Positions 32,353 to 42,596 are shown, counted from the first letter of the stretch. The stretch is 64,000 nucleotides of DNA from Gemmatimonadales bacterium (GCA_044221045.1 JBGAPX010000006.1:780-64779); one strand, 5' to 3'. Made by a program: numbers and translations. Notes: generated by a model not told the origin, from the letters alone.

Positions 32353-34890
32353 GTGCCCGTCGCCACCTTCCGCCGGGCCGCCCGACTCCGCACCGCCGCC
32401 GCCGTCGCCACTGCCGCTGCCTACCCGGTGCTCATGGGCTGGCTGGGCCGTGACCACCCCGCCTGGGGCGTCGTCAGCTACGCGGTCTTCATCCCGCTGG
32501 CCCTGCTGGCGCTCTGGGCCTTCCAGGCGGCCGCGGCGCAGGCCCCCGATCCCTGGATGCGCCGCGGGCTGCGGCTCTACGCGGCCTCGCACGCGGCGAC
32601 GGCCCTCGGCAACGTCGTGTGGTGCTGGCAGCAGTTCCTCCTCGGCGTCGACCCCTCCACCTCCTGGGCCAACCTGGCCTACCTGCTGAGCTATCCGCTC
32701 GCGATCGCGGGGGTGCTGGCGTTCCCCGTGATGCGCGCCGGCGGCGAGTCGCGCGGGCGGCTCGCGGTGGACGCCGCCATCGCCATCGTCGCGGGCTGCG
32801 CCATCACCTGGCTGCAGGTGGCCCGGCCCCTGACCGCCGAGCCGATGTCGCTGCTGGACCGCCTCGTCACCTTCACGTTCCCCGTCGGGGACCTGGTGAT
32901 CTTCGCGGTGATGGTGCCGCTGCTGCTCGAGCGGGTCGGCGGGGCCGGTCGGGCGCTGCTGCCCCGCCTGGCCGTCGGCCAGCTGCTCTACCTGGCTGGC
33001 GACCTCGGCTACCAGCTCAATGCCCGCTCCCCCGCCTGGCTGCCCGTGGACTGGCCGGACCTGCTCTTCCTGGCGGGCTACGCGGTGATGATCTGGGCGA
33101 TGGAATTCGTCGCCCCCGCACAGGGAGACGCGGCGGCCGGGGCGGGCCACGAGGCACGGCTACCGCGGAACCTCCTGCCGCTGCTCCTCGGCGTGACCGT
33201 CTACGGCCTGCTGATCCGCGAGGCCGCCAGGGCCGGCACGCACGTGGTGTGGGTGCTGGCGACGGTCACGGTCGTCGTGACCCTGCTGATCCTGCTGCGG
33301 GAGATCCTCACCGAACGCCAGAACGCGCGGCTGGCGCGCGCGCTCGAGGCCTCCCGCAGCGAGGCGCGGTTCCTCCAGGTCATCCGGCACCTGACGGTGG
33401 GGGTGGTCGTCCAGGACGACCAGGCCAGGCTTCGGCTGGCCAACCCCGCGGCCCTCGAGCTGCTCGGCCTCACGGAAGCGGAGCTGCGGCAGCGCACATC
33501 CTTCGACGCGGCGTGGAACGTGGTGCATGAGGACGGTTCACCCTTTCCCGGGGACGCGCATCCGGTCCCGGTGGCGATCGCCACCCGGAAGCCCGTCCGC
33601 AACGTGGTGATGGGGGTGCACCGCCGCCGCACCGATGACCGGGTCTGGCTGCTCGTGAACGCGGACCCCGCCCTCCGGGACGATGGATCGGTCGAGGAGG
33701 TCCTGTGCAGCTTCCAGGACATCACCGAGCGCCGGGCCCTCGAGGACCGCCTGCGCCACTCGCAGCGGATGGAGGCAGTCGGACAGCTCGCCGGGGGCGT
33801 GGCGCACGACTTCAACAACCTGCTCACGGCCATCATCGGGTACACGTCGCTGGTGCAGTCCGACCTCGCGCGCGGGACGCCCCGCGCGGAGGACGTGGCG
33901 GAGATCCGGAAGGCCGCGGACCGGGCGGCGGCACTCACGCAGCAGCTGCTCGCCTTCGGCCGCCGCCAGATGCTCCGACCGGTCCTGCTCGACGTGAACC
34001 TGGTGGTGCGCGAGGCCGAGCGGCTGCTGGTGCGCCTGCTGGGCGAGGACATCCGCATCCGGACCGACCTGGCCAGGGGGCTCGGCCCGGTCAAGGTGGA
34101 CCGGGGCCAGCTGGAACAGGTCATCGTGAACCTGGCGGTCAACGCCCGGGACGCCATGCCGCGCGGGGGCACGCTCACCATGCGCAGCCGGCACGTGGTC
34201 CCCGAGAGCCCCGGCCTGCCGGCGGGACTCGAGGTGCCGGCGGGTGGCGGTGTCCTCCTCGCCATCGAGGACACCGGCGTCGGCATGAACGAGGCCACGC
34301 TGGCCCGGGCCTTCGAGCCCTTCTTCACCACGAAGGAAACCGGCAAGGGCACGGGCCTGGGCCTGTCGACCGTCTACGGCATCGTGCGGCAGAGCGGAGG
34401 CGACGCGCGGATCGAGAGCGCGCCCGGCCGCGGTACCACGGTGAGTGTCTGCCTGCCGCTGGCCGAGGGGGCGGCCACCCCGGGCGAGACCACGCCGGTG
34501 CCCTTGTCCACGGGGGGCCGGGAGACCATCCTCGTGGTGGAGGATGAGGAGGCGCTGCTCAAGGTGATGCAGCGCGCCCTGGAGGGGCGCGGCTACCAGG
34601 TGCACCCGGCGCGGTCGCCCGCCGCCGCCCGGCAGTGGCTCGACCAGCACCGCGGCGCGCTCGACCTCCTGCTGACCGATGTGGTCATGCCGGGGGGCAG
34701 CGGCCCCGAGCTCGTGGCGTACGCCCGCCGGGGCCGCCCGGGCCTCCCGGCGCTGTTCATCAGCGGGTACGCCGACGAGGCCACCCTGCGCTACGGTCTC
34801 GACCAGGAGAACGCCACCCTGCTGCCCAAGCCCTTCCACCCCGAGAAGCTCGTGGCGCAGGTCCGCGAGGTGCTCGACCGCGCCGGCTGA
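32353..34890 (+). CDS. Membrane-bound hybrid histidine kinase (multi-TM sensor-PAS-HisKA-HATPase-REC)
   Basis: About 9 N-terminal TM segments, PAS, GGVAHDFNNLL, FEPFFTTK, GTGLGLS, C-terminal receiver. Confidence 0.93.
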   Translation: MPVATFRRAARLRTAAAVATAAAYPVLMGWLGRDHPAWGVVSYAVFIPLALLALWAFQAAAAQAPDPWMRRGLRLYAASHAATALGNVVWCWQQFLLGVDPSTSWANLAYLLSYPLAIAGVLAFPVMRAGGESRGRLAVDAAIAIVAGCAITWLQVARPLTAEPMSLLDRLVTFTFPVGDLVIFAVMVPLLLERVGGAGRALLPRLAVGQLLYLAGDLGYQLNARSPAWLPVDWPDLLFLAGYAVMIWAMEFVAPAQGDAAAGAGHEARLPRNLLPLLLGVTVYGLLIREAARAGTHVVWVLATVTVVVTLLILLREILTERQNARLARALEASRSEARFLQVIRHLTVGVVVQDDQARLRLANPAALELLGLTEAELRQRTSFDAAWNVVHEDGSPFPGDAHPVPVAIATRKPVRNVVMGVHRRRTDDRVWLLVNADPALRDDGSVEEVLCSFQDITERRALEDRLRHSQRMEAVGQLAGGVAHDFNNLLTAIIGYTSLVQSDLARGTPRAEDVAEIRKAADRAAALTQQLLAFGRRQMLRPVLLDVNLVVREAERLLVRLLGEDIRIRTDLARGLGPVKVDRGQLEQVIVNLAVNARDAMPRGGTLTMRSRHVVPESPGLPAGLEVPAGGGVLLAIEDTGVGMNEATLARAFEPFFTTKETGKGTGLGLSTVYGIVRQSGGDARIESAPGRGTTVSVCLPLAEGAATPGETTPVPLSTGGRETILVVEDEEALLKVMQRALEGRGYQVHPARSPAAARQWLDQHRGALDLLLTDVVMPGGSGPELVAYARRGRPGLPALFISGYADEATLRYGLDQENATLLPKPFHPEKLVAQVREVLDRAG

Positions 34891-34903
34891 CCGGCACCGC
34901 GCG

Positions 34904-36949
34904 ATGACCACCCCGGATTCCTTCCTCCGCGACCTGGCGGTGGTGCTGGTGACCGCCGGCGCCACGACGCTGCTGTTCCAGCGGCTCCGCTGGCCGGTGG
35001 TCGCGGGCTACCTGGTGGCCGGCGTCATCGTGGGCCCGAGCGTCCCGCCGAGCTGGGTGACCGACGAGGCCACCATCCGGCTGCTCTCCGAGCTCGGCGT
35101 CATCCTGCTGATGTTCTCCATCGGGCTCGACTTCCGCCTGGGCCGCCTGGCCCGGGCCGGCGCCACGGGCGCCGTGGCGGCCGTGGTAGAGATCGGCCTC
35201 ATGCTCGCGCTGGGATTCGCGGTCGCGGGGATGTTCGGCTGGAGCCCGATCGGCAGCCTGTTCTTCGGCGGGGCGGTCGCCGCGTCCAGCACCATGGTGA
35301 TCGCCAAGGTGCTGGAGGAGCAGCCGGTCGAGCCCGAGCTTCGGGAGACGGTCTTCCAGCTCACCCTGTTCGAGGACCTCGGCGCGATGATCATCATCGC
35401 GCTGCTCACGGCCGCCGCGTCGGGCGAGGGACTGAGCGGCGGGGCCTTCGCCGTGGTGGTGGGACGGCTGGTCGGGGTGCTGGTCCTCTTCCTCGTCGTG
35501 GGCCTGGCGCTGGTGCCCCGCGCCGCGCGCGGCATCATCGGTCTCCGCAAGCCGGAGACGATGCTGGTGAGCATGGTCGGCTTCGCCTTCCTCATGTCGG
35601 CGCTGGCGGGCGTGGCCGGGTTCTCGGTGGCGCTCGGCGCCTTCCTGGGCGGGCTGCTGGTGGCGGAATCCGGCGCCGGCCGGCTGGTGGAGCGGGAGAT
35701 CCGCCCGCTCCGGGACGTCTTCGCGGCCATCTTCTTCGTCGCGACCGGCATGCAGCTGGACCTTCGCCTGCTCGTCGAGTCCTGGGGCCTCGCCCTCGGG
35801 ATGCTCGGGGTGGTGCTGCTCGGGCGGCCGGTCGCGATCACGGTGGGGGTGTTCCTCTCGGGCCGCTCGCTGCGCACCGCCGTTCGCTCCGGGCTCTTCG
35901 TCTCGCAGATCGGCGAGTTCTCGTTCATCCTCGCGGGCGTCGGTGCCGGCTTCGGGGTGGTGCCACCCGCCTTCGTCGCCGCCGCGGTGACGGTCTCGGT
36001 GATCACCGCGCTCCTGTCCGGACGGCTGGCCCGGGCCGCGGACCCGATCGCCCAGTGGGTGGATGCCCGCCTGCCGCACCGGGTGCAGATGGTGGCGTCC
36101 CTCTACGGTGCCTGGGTCGAGGCGCTCCGCACGGCACCGGCCGGCCGCTCGCCCTGGGCCAGCGTCCGCCGCTCCGCCCGCTGGCTGGCACTCGACGCCG
36201 TGGTGGTCGCCGGCCTGGTGATCGGCGGGTCGTGGGTGCGGGGGCGCCTGGCCGAGTGGCTGCTGGGGCGGGGCGCTTCGGCGACGCTCGCCTCGTGGCT
36301 CATCGCCGCGGTCACGGCCGCGCTGGTCGGCCCGTTCCTCCTCGGCATCCTGCGGGTGACGCGCGGCCTCGGCGAGGAACTGGCCGAGATCGCCATCCCG
36401 AGTCCGGGCACCGGGCGGGTGGACAACGGCCGGGCGCCCCGCCGCGTGCTCGGCGTGGCGGTGCAGACCGTGGCGGTGCTGCTGACCGCCGTCCCGCTGC
36501 TCCTGGTCACGGCGCCCTTCCTGCCCCCCCTCGGCGGCCTGCTGGTGCTGCTGCTGGTGCTGGGCTTGCTCGGCGTCATCTTCTGGCGCCGCGCCGCCGA
36601 CCTCTTCGGCCACTTCCGCGCGGGCGCCGAGGTGGTGGTAGCGATGCTGGCCAAGCAGTCGCACGCGGAGGATCCCAAGATCGACCTGGTCCGCTCCCTC
36701 CTCCCCGGCCTGGGCGATTTCGCGCCGGTGCGGGTGGGGGCCCGCTCGGAGTGCGCCGGCCGAACCCTCGCGGAGCTCAACCTGCGCGGCCGGACCGGGG
36801 CCACGGTGGTGGGGCTGCTCCGGGGCGAGGAACAGGTGGCGTTCCCGGAGGCACACGAGCGCCTGGCGGCCGGCGACCTGGTGGCGCTGACCGGCAGCCA
36901 TGACGCCATCGACGCCGCCACCATCATCATCACCGGGGAGGGTCCGTGA
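34904..36949 (+). CDS. CPA2-family cation:proton antiporter with C-terminal TrkA-C (RCK_C) domain
   Basis: GYLVAGVIVGP, LGVILLMFSIGL, FED, SQIGEFSFI; C-terminal ELNLRGRTGATVV. Confidence 0.92.
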   Translation: MTTPDSFLRDLAVVLVTAGATTLLFQRLRWPVVAGYLVAGVIVGPSVPPSWVTDEATIRLLSELGVILLMFSIGLDFRLGRLARAGATGAVAAVVEIGLMLALGFAVAGMFGWSPIGSLFFGGAVAASSTMVIAKVLEEQPVEPELRETVFQLTLFEDLGAMIIIALLTAAASGEGLSGGAFAVVVGRLVGVLVLFLVVGLALVPRAARGIIGLRKPETMLVSMVGFAFLMSALAGVAGFSVALGAFLGGLLVAESGAGRLVEREIRPLRDVFAAIFFVATGMQLDLRLLVESWGLALGMLGVVLLGRPVAITVGVFLSGRSLRTAVRSGLFVSQIGEFSFILAGVGAGFGVVPPAFVAAAVTVSVITALLSGRLARAADPIAQWVDARLPHRVQMVASLYGAWVEALRTAPAGRSPWASVRRSARWLALDAVVVAGLVIGGSWVRGRLAEWLLGRGASATLASWLIAAVTAALVGPFLLGILRVTRGLGEELAEIAIPSPGTGRVDNGRAPRRVLGVAVQTVAVLLTAVPLLLVTAPFLPPLGGLLVLLLVLGLLGVIFWRRAADLFGHFRAGAEVVVAMLAKQSHAEDPKIDLVRSLLPGLGDFAPVRVGARSECAGRTLAELNLRGRTGATVVGLLRGEEQVAFPEAHERLAAGDLVALTGSHDAIDAATIIITGEGP

Positions 36950-37368
36950 GGCATCACCTGCTGGTCGCGGCGGCACTCCTGGCCGGGTGCCGCACGTCCA
37001 CCGCGGCCCTGCCGGCGACGCTGGAGGAGCGGTTCCAGGCCGAAGGTGTGGTGCGCCGGGCCGAGGACCAGGTGTTCCGGTACACCTACTACTCGCGCAG
37101 CACGCGGGGGACCCGCTGGGAGGAGCGTGACGCGTCGATCATCGTCACGGGGCGGAGCGTCTTCGTGCACAAGAACGGCAAGGTGGGGCTCGACCTCACC
37201 CCGGCGAGCCGGAAGGAGAACGAGGTGCGCCGCGAGGGGGACCGCGTGGTGATCAGCTCCGGGAGCGGCCAGTCCCGCGTCAGCTGGTCGTTCCGCCCGC
37301 CGGCGGATGCCCCCGGATGGACCGAGGATATCCGCCGGGTCCTGGCGGCCGCCGATTCCGGCCGCTAG
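36946..37368 (+). CDS. Hypothetical lipoprotein
   Basis: Lipobox LLAGC; GTGA overlap with the antiporter stop. Confidence 0.7.
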   Translation: MRHHLLVAAALLAGCRTSTAALPATLEERFQAEGVVRRAEDQVFRYTYYSRSTRGTRWEERDASIIVTGRSVFVHKNGKVGLDLTPASRKENEVRREGDRVVISSGSGQSRVSWSFRPPADAPGWTEDIRRVLAAADSGR

Positions 37369-37380
37369 GCGGGTCGGGGG

Positions 37381-39873
37381 CTACTCGTAGCGCAGCGCCT
37401 GCATCGGGTCCACCCGGCTGGCCCGGCGCGCCGGGAGGTAGCCGGCGCCGAGCGCCACGGCGGTCAGGGCCAGGAGCGACGCCACGAACACCACCGGGTC
37501 GTGCCCCTCCATGCCGTAGAGCAGCGAGCGCGCGGCGTAGCCCGCGCCGAGGGCCGCGAGCACCCCGAGGGTCCCGCCGATGGCCACCATCACGCCCACC
37601 TGGCGCAGCACCAGCTGCCGCACCGCGCCGGCATCGGCGCCGAGGGCCATCCGAACGCCGATTTCGCGGGTGCGCTGGGCCACGGTGTAGGCGAGCACAC
37701 CGTAGAGGCCCACCGCGGCCAGCAGGGTGGCCAGCGTGGCGAAGGCGGTGGAGAGGATGCTGATCATCCGGTCGAGGAAGATGTTCTCCCGGATCTGCTG
37801 CGGCATCGTCTTGAGCTCCTCGATCGGGAGGCCGGCGTCGATGCGCTTCATGAGGGGCGGGATCACCTTGAGCAGCTGCTCCGGCGGCAGCGCGGTCCGC
37901 ACGTAGAAATTGAGTCCCCACAGGCGCCGTTCCTGCCGCCACGGGGTGAAGAACAGGGGCGGGATCTCGTCCTTGACGTCGCTGTACTTGGCGTTCTGCA
38001 CCAGGCCGACGATCTCGATGTCGAGCGAGTCGGGCCCGCTCTCGGAGATGAACTTGCCGACGGCGTCCTTGCCCAGGTTGAACTTCTTGGCGAACGCCTC
38101 GTTCACCACCGCCACCCGGCCGCCGCCCAGCTGGTCGGCCTCGGTGAATTCCCGCCCCGCCAGCAGCTTCATCCCGAAGAGCGAGAAGTAGCCCGCCCCG
38201 ACCCGGTTGAGCCGCGAGTTGTTGTCCACGTCCGGGCCGCTCGGGAAGCCCTGGACGTGCACGTCGGTGCCCCAGTTGTTGCCCGCGAGCAGCGGTACGG
38301 AGGCGCTGGTGACGCCGTTCACGCCGGGGAGCGCGGCCAGTTCCTGCTCCACCCGCGCGAACAGCTGGGCGGACGCCACGCTGTCGTACCCGGTGCGCGA
38401 GGGGCTCAGCGCGAAGGTGACCACGTGGTCCACCTTGGCGCCGAGGTCCACGCGGGTCACGTTCATCAGGCTCTTGAGGAAGAGGCCGGCGCAGATGAGC
38501 AGGCCCGAGGCCAGCGCGATCTGCGCCGTCACCAGCCCCATGCGGAAGCGGGCGGCGCCGCGGTGGCCCAGGATCTGGCCCGCGCCGGCGCGGATGCTGG
38601 TGATGAGGTCGGCGCGGGTGCTGTGCAGCGCCGGGAACAGGCCGAAGATGAGCCCCGTGGCCAGGGACATGAGCGCGGCGAATGCCAGCACCGACGGCTG
38701 CAGCGTGAACTGCAGCGCCAGGGTGGCCTCCGAGGGCAGCAGCGACGAGATGCCGTCGAGGGTCCATCGCGCCACCAGCAGGCTCGCCGCGCCGCCCAGC
38801 AGCGCCAGCAGCACCGCCTCCGTCAGGAGCTGGGCCACCAGCTGCCGCCGTCCCGCGCCCAGCGCCAGCCGCACCCCCATCTCGGTGGCGCGCCCGGCGC
38901 CCCGGGCCAGCAGCAGGTTGGCGATGTTGGCGCACGCGATGAGCAGCACCACGCCCGTGACGCCGAAGAGCATGTAGAGCGGGGTCCGGGCCTCCTTGTG
39001 CACCGAACTCTGTCCCTGCCGGCCCGGGAGCACCACGATCTGCTTGGCCTTGAAGCGCGCCATCGTGGCGTCGCTCATGCCCGCCTGCAGCGGTGCCTCG
39101 ACGTCGGCGAGGATCGGGGTGTAGAGCCCGTTGAGCGCCGCGCTGGCCTGCTCCAGCGACACCCCGGGCTTGAGCCGCCCGAAGACGTAGGCCCAGTAGC
39201 TCCGCCGGTTGTCGAACCCGCCGTAGCCCAGCAGCGCCTGGCGCATCGTGAGCGGCACGTACACCAGCGGCCGCGCCCCGAGGGTGGTGCCCTCGAAGCC
39301 CGGCGGCGCCACCCCGATGATCTCGAGTGGCTTGCCGTTGACCACCAGGGTCTGGCCCACCACCGCGGGGTCGGACGCGAAGTGCGCCTGCCAGTAGCTG
39401 TGCGAGAGCACCGCCACGGAATGCCCCCCGATGGTCTCGTCCTCGCCGGGGCCGATCAGCCGGCCCAGGGCCGGGGTGAGCTGCAGGGTGGGGAAGTAGG
39501 ACCCGGAGATGAACACCCCGTCACCGGTCAGCGGCTCGTTCTTGTAGGAGAGGCTGGCCCCGAACAGCACATGGGCCGCCAGGCCGGTCAGCACCGTCTG
39601 GCCCTTCTCCAGGTCCCGGAACATCTGGTAGCTGAAGATCTCGTCGCATCCCCCGGCCTGGTTGCACGACTGCGAGCCCGGATTGGGGCCCGGCGCCGTC
39701 AGTCGGATCAGCTGCTCGGGCTCCGGCACCGGCAGCGGCCGCAGCAGCATCTGGTCGAAGAGCGAGTAGATGGCCGCGTTGGCCCCGATGCCGAGGGCGA
39801 GGGACAACACCGCCACCGCAGTGACGAACGGAGTCCGGAGGAGGGTCCGGAGCGCGAGCTTGAGGTGTGGCAT
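37381..39873 (-). CDS. ABC permease, duplicated MacB/FtsX type (ADOP-like)
   Basis: LALGIGANAAIYS, LLIACANIANLLLAR, EMGVRLALGA, REIGVRMALGA, RRASRVDPMQALRYE. Start MPHLKL. Confidence 0.92.
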   Translation of the reverse strand: MPHLKLALRTLLRTPFVTAVAVLSLALGIGANAAIYSLFDQMLLRPLPVPEPEQLIRLTAPGPNPGSQSCNQAGGCDEIFSYQMFRDLEKGQTVLTGLAAHVLFGASLSYKNEPLTGDGVFISGSYFPTLQLTPALGRLIGPGEDETIGGHSVAVLSHSYWQAHFASDPAVVGQTLVVNGKPLEIIGVAPPGFEGTTLGARPLVYVPLTMRQALLGYGGFDNRRSYWAYVFGRLKPGVSLEQASAALNGLYTPILADVEAPLQAGMSDATMARFKAKQIVVLPGRQGQSSVHKEARTPLYMLFGVTGVVLLIACANIANLLLARGAGRATEMGVRLALGAGRRQLVAQLLTEAVLLALLGGAASLLVARWTLDGISSLLPSEATLALQFTLQPSVLAFAALMSLATGLIFGLFPALHSTRADLITSIRAGAGQILGHRGAARFRMGLVTAQIALASGLLICAGLFLKSLMNVTRVDLGAKVDHVVTFALSPSRTGYDSVASAQLFARVEQELAALPGVNGVTSASVPLLAGNNWGTDVHVQGFPSGPDVDNNSRLNRVGAGYFSLFGMKLLAGREFTEADQLGGGRVAVVNEAFAKKFNLGKDAVGKFISESGPDSLDIEIVGLVQNAKYSDVKDEIPPLFFTPWRQERRLWGLNFYVRTALPPEQLLKVIPPLMKRIDAGLPIEELKTMPQQIRENIFLDRMISILSTAFATLATLLAAVGLYGVLAYTVAQRTREIGVRMALGADAGAVRQLVLRQVGVMVAIGGTLGVLAALGAGYAARSLLYGMEGHDPVVFVASLLALTAVALGAGYLPARRASRVDPMQALRYE

Positions 39874-39999
39874 CGGGGGCTCGTCGAGGGGGAACGGATG
39901 TCGGGTTCGGGCTCCCGGACATGACTGCGATGGGGCGTCCGGGGTTTCAGCTTGGACCACCGGGGGGCCGGAATGGTTGCACGGGGCCGGCCCCCGGGG

Positions 40000-40494
40000 T
40001 CAGCGGAGGGGGCGGGTGTAGCGCATTTCGTTGGTCTGGACGAATCCGAGGCGCTCATACAGCGGGCGGCCGGCCTCCGAAGCGTGCAGCACCAGCCGGT
40101 CCAGGCGCTCCTCCCGGGCCCAGGCGAGTACTGCCTGCATGAGGCGTTCCGCCACGCCCTGCCGGCGCCAGCGCGGCTCCGTCCAGACGTTGAGGACGAT
40201 GGCGTGCCGCCCCTCCGCGATCCCGCCCGCACCATCGGGGTGCGGCAGCGCCTGGCGTTGCTGGACGCCCGCGCCACCCGCGATGGCCTGCGGCGCATCG
40301 CCGGGCGCCGCGAGCCAGCCGACGTATTCCCCGGTCGCGAGCATCGGCTCGAGCAGCGCCTCGGTCTGCGCCACCATCGCCGGCATCCCCACCTCGGGCA
40401 GCTGGCCCATCTCGTGGAACATCAGGGCCCGGTGCGTCGCGATCTCACGCGCGTCGGCGGCGGTGGCCTGCCGGATCAGGAGTGGCACTGGCAC
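40000..40494 (-). CDS. GNAT-family N-acetyltransferase
   Basis: NVWTEPRWRRQGVA, LHASEAGRPLYERLGF. GTG start estimated. Confidence 0.88.
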   Translation of the reverse strand: MPVPLLIRQATAADAREIATHRALMFHEMGQLPEVGMPAMVAQTEALLEPMLATGEYVGWLAAPGDAPQAIAGGAGVQQRQALPHPDGAGGIAEGRHAIVLNVWTEPRWRRQGVAERLMQAVLAWAREERLDRLVLHASEAGRPLYERLGFVQTNEMRYTRPLR

Positions 40495-40502
40495 GCCCTT
40501 CC

Positions 40503-40961
40503 CTAGGACTGGAACAGCGCGGTGAACCGCCGCTTGAACTCCGCCTTGCGCGCTTCCGCGCCCTCGGCGGTGAGCCCGGCGCAGCGGTGGGCCGCGTGGG
40601 CGTCCCAGCCCTCGGGCCACCGGACGAACACTTTTTCCCCGCAGGCGGGACAGAGCACCCGCTGGTGTGTCAGGTGATCGGCCGTGAGGCCCGCGGCATT
40701 GGTGATCGTCCCGTCGGGGCGGCGCTCCACCGTGGCCCCGAGCGGGGCCCGGAGTCCCTCGTCGAGATGGGCCTGGAAGCAGGACGCGTGGCAGAAGTAC
40801 TCGCTGGCGAGGCGATCACGGACCTCCGAGCCACGCTCGAAGGTGAGCCGGCAGGGGTCGCCGTCGGCCACCCGGATCGGCTGGCCGCAGAAGCAGCAGG
40901 GGTCCCAGTGGAACTCGGTGCGGGCGGGCCGCATCGCGGCCAGCAGTTCGCGGATATTCAT
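40503..40961 (-). CDS. Hypothetical Cys/His-rich protein
   Basis: CCFC...C...CHASC and CPAC...HAAHRC; ATGA overlap with the upstream gene. Confidence 0.65.
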   Translation of the reverse strand: MNIRELLAAMRPARTEFHWDPCCFCGQPIRVADGDPCRLTFERGSEVRDRLASEYFCHASCFQAHLDEGLRAPLGATVERRPDGTITNAAGLTADHLTHQRVLCPACGEKVFVRWPEGWDAHAAHRCAGLTAEGAEARKAEFKRRFTALFQS

Positions 40962-41629
40962 GGGCGGCCTCCCGGCAGCGACCGCACCCCGCGGGTGGCC
41001 TCGATCCACCATGCCCATGGGAGCAGGACCCAGCCGGCGAGGGCGAACAGCGCGAGCCCCGTGACGGAGGGCGGCGGCGGCCCGAACGGTCCCGCCGCCC
41101 ACACCAGGGTGGCGAACAGTACCAGGGACCAGAACGCTGCCAGCCCCGCGCGGCTCCGGGTGACGGTCTGGCGCAGGAACATCGCGATCCCCGCCAGCCA
41201 CAGCAGCCCCTCGACGAGGTAGGTCCCCGGCAGCGAATTCCACAGCGACAGCCCCAGGCGGGGCGACGCGCCCGGCCACAGGGGCAGGTCGGGGGCGTGG
41301 GTGATCACGTCGAGCACCCAGTGACTCACCACGAGCAGCACCAGCACCCCCTGCGCCTGCCGCTCCACGCCCCGCCACCGCGCCAGGCCGGCGAGCAGCG
41401 CGCCCCACGCCGCCGCCATCGCCAGGCTGTGCGACCAGGGGTAGGACTCGAACACCAGCGGGGTGAATGCGGTGGCACCGGGGCGGATCTGGACCTGCTC
41501 CACGCCCGCGAGCAGGAAGAGCGGCCAGGCCAGGTCGAGCGCCGTGACCGCCGCGATGAACCACGGCAGCGGGGTGGTGGGGCTGGCGCGCTTGGCGGCG
41601 AGGCCCAGCGCCAGGTGACCGACGAACAT
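40958..41629 (-). CDS. Metal-dependent membrane hydrolase (YdjM/DUF457-like)
   Basis: MFVGH, SHSL, SHWVLDVITH.PD, several TM segments. Confidence 0.8.
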   Translation of the reverse strand: MFVGHLALGLAAKRASPTTPLPWFIAAVTALDLAWPLFLLAGVEQVQIRPGATAFTPLVFESYPWSHSLAMAAAWGALLAGLARWRGVERQAQGVLVLLVVSHWVLDVITHAPDLPLWPGASPRLGLSLWNSLPGTYLVEGLLWLAGIAMFLRQTVTRSRAGLAAFWSLVLFATLVWAAGPFGPPPPSVTGLALFALAGWVLLPWAWWIEATRGVRSLPGGRP

Positions 41630-41656
41630 GGTCCGCTCGCGGAAGGAGTGGAGCCC

Positions 41657-42181
41657 TCAGTGCCCCGGGGCCGAGAGCTGCGCGGCGTGATGCCGGTTGT
41701 GCACGGCCAGGAAGCGCAGCGCCTGCGCCGGGCTCAGCCGCCCGAAGACGTGGTGGGTCACGCCCGTCAGGCCGCGGGCGTGTCGCGCCGTCAGCGCCGC
41801 ATCCGTGTCAGCGGCGCCGGCGCCCAGCGCGTCCAGCACCGCCTGACGCGGGAACGGCCCCGCCCCGGGCTGTACTTCCCGCGGGGCCCGGGCCCGCGCC
41901 GGAATCCGCCCCTGGCGCAGCAGCCCCGGCAGGATCCGCAGGCGCAGCACCAGCCGCAGCCACCATGGTGTCCGCAGCCGCAATCCGGTCCCGCCGGCCA
42001 GCTCCCGCCCGAGCACCTCGTAGGACAGCCGGAGGTGTTCCGCCACCTGGGCCGGGCTCCACTTGCCGGGGCCGAGTGGCTCCTCCCAGGCCCCGTCAGT
42101 GAATTGCGCGGCCGCGGCGCAGAACGCCTCCAGTGAGGCGGCGTGATCCGCCTGGAGGGCGCTCCAGTCGGCGGCGGTCAC
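41657..42181 (-). CDS. DinB-family protein
   Basis: KWSPAQVAEHL and FLAVHNRHHAAQL; GTGA overlap with the cupin gene. Confidence 0.85.
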   Translation of the reverse strand: MTAADWSALQADHAASLEAFCAAAAQFTDGAWEEPLGPGKWSPAQVAEHLRLSYEVLGRELAGGTGLRLRTPWWLRLVLRLRILPGLLRQGRIPARARAPREVQPGAGPFPRQAVLDALGAGAADTDAALTARHARGLTGVTHHVFGRLSPAQALRFLAVHNRHHAAQLSAPGH

Positions 42182-42564
42182 GACGACCGCAGGTGGGCCG
42201 TCTGGTCCGCCACGCTGCGGGTGCGCTCGGTCTGCACCTCGCCGGTGTGGGCGGTCTCCGCCGGCTCGAACAGCGCCAGCCAGCATTCCTCCTCCGCCAC
42301 CGGGCGATGCCGCACGCCCCGGGGCACCACCAGGCACTCGCCCTCGTGCAGCACCACGTCGCCCTCGCCGAACTGGAGGCGGAGCGAGCCCTTGAGGATG
42401 AGGAAGAGCTCGTCCTCGGCGGCATGCTCGTGCCAGACGAATTCCCCCTGGACCTTCACCACCTTGAGGTATTGACCGTTGAGCGCGGCCACCACGCGCG
42501 GGGACCAGAAGTCGCGCACCTGGCCCAGTTCATCGCGGAGGCTCGTCGGAGTGGGGAGCGGCAT
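42178..42564 (-). CDS. Cupin-domain protein
   Basis: GEFVWHEHAAEDELF...VPRGVRHRP. Confidence 0.9.
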   Translation of the reverse strand: MPLPTPTSLRDELGQVRDFWSPRVVAALNGQYLKVVKVQGEFVWHEHAAEDELFLILKGSLRLQFGEGDVVLHEGECLVVPRGVRHRPVAEEECWLALFEPAETAHTGEVQTERTRSVADQTAHLRSS

Positions 42565-42596
42565 GCAGATAGCATAAGCCGCCCCGGCGTGGTGGG

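Noticed and set aside
32353-34890. Kinase as part of the arginine system because it starts 11 nt after argR
   Set aside because: Only proximity supports it; nothing in the sequence links it to arginine.
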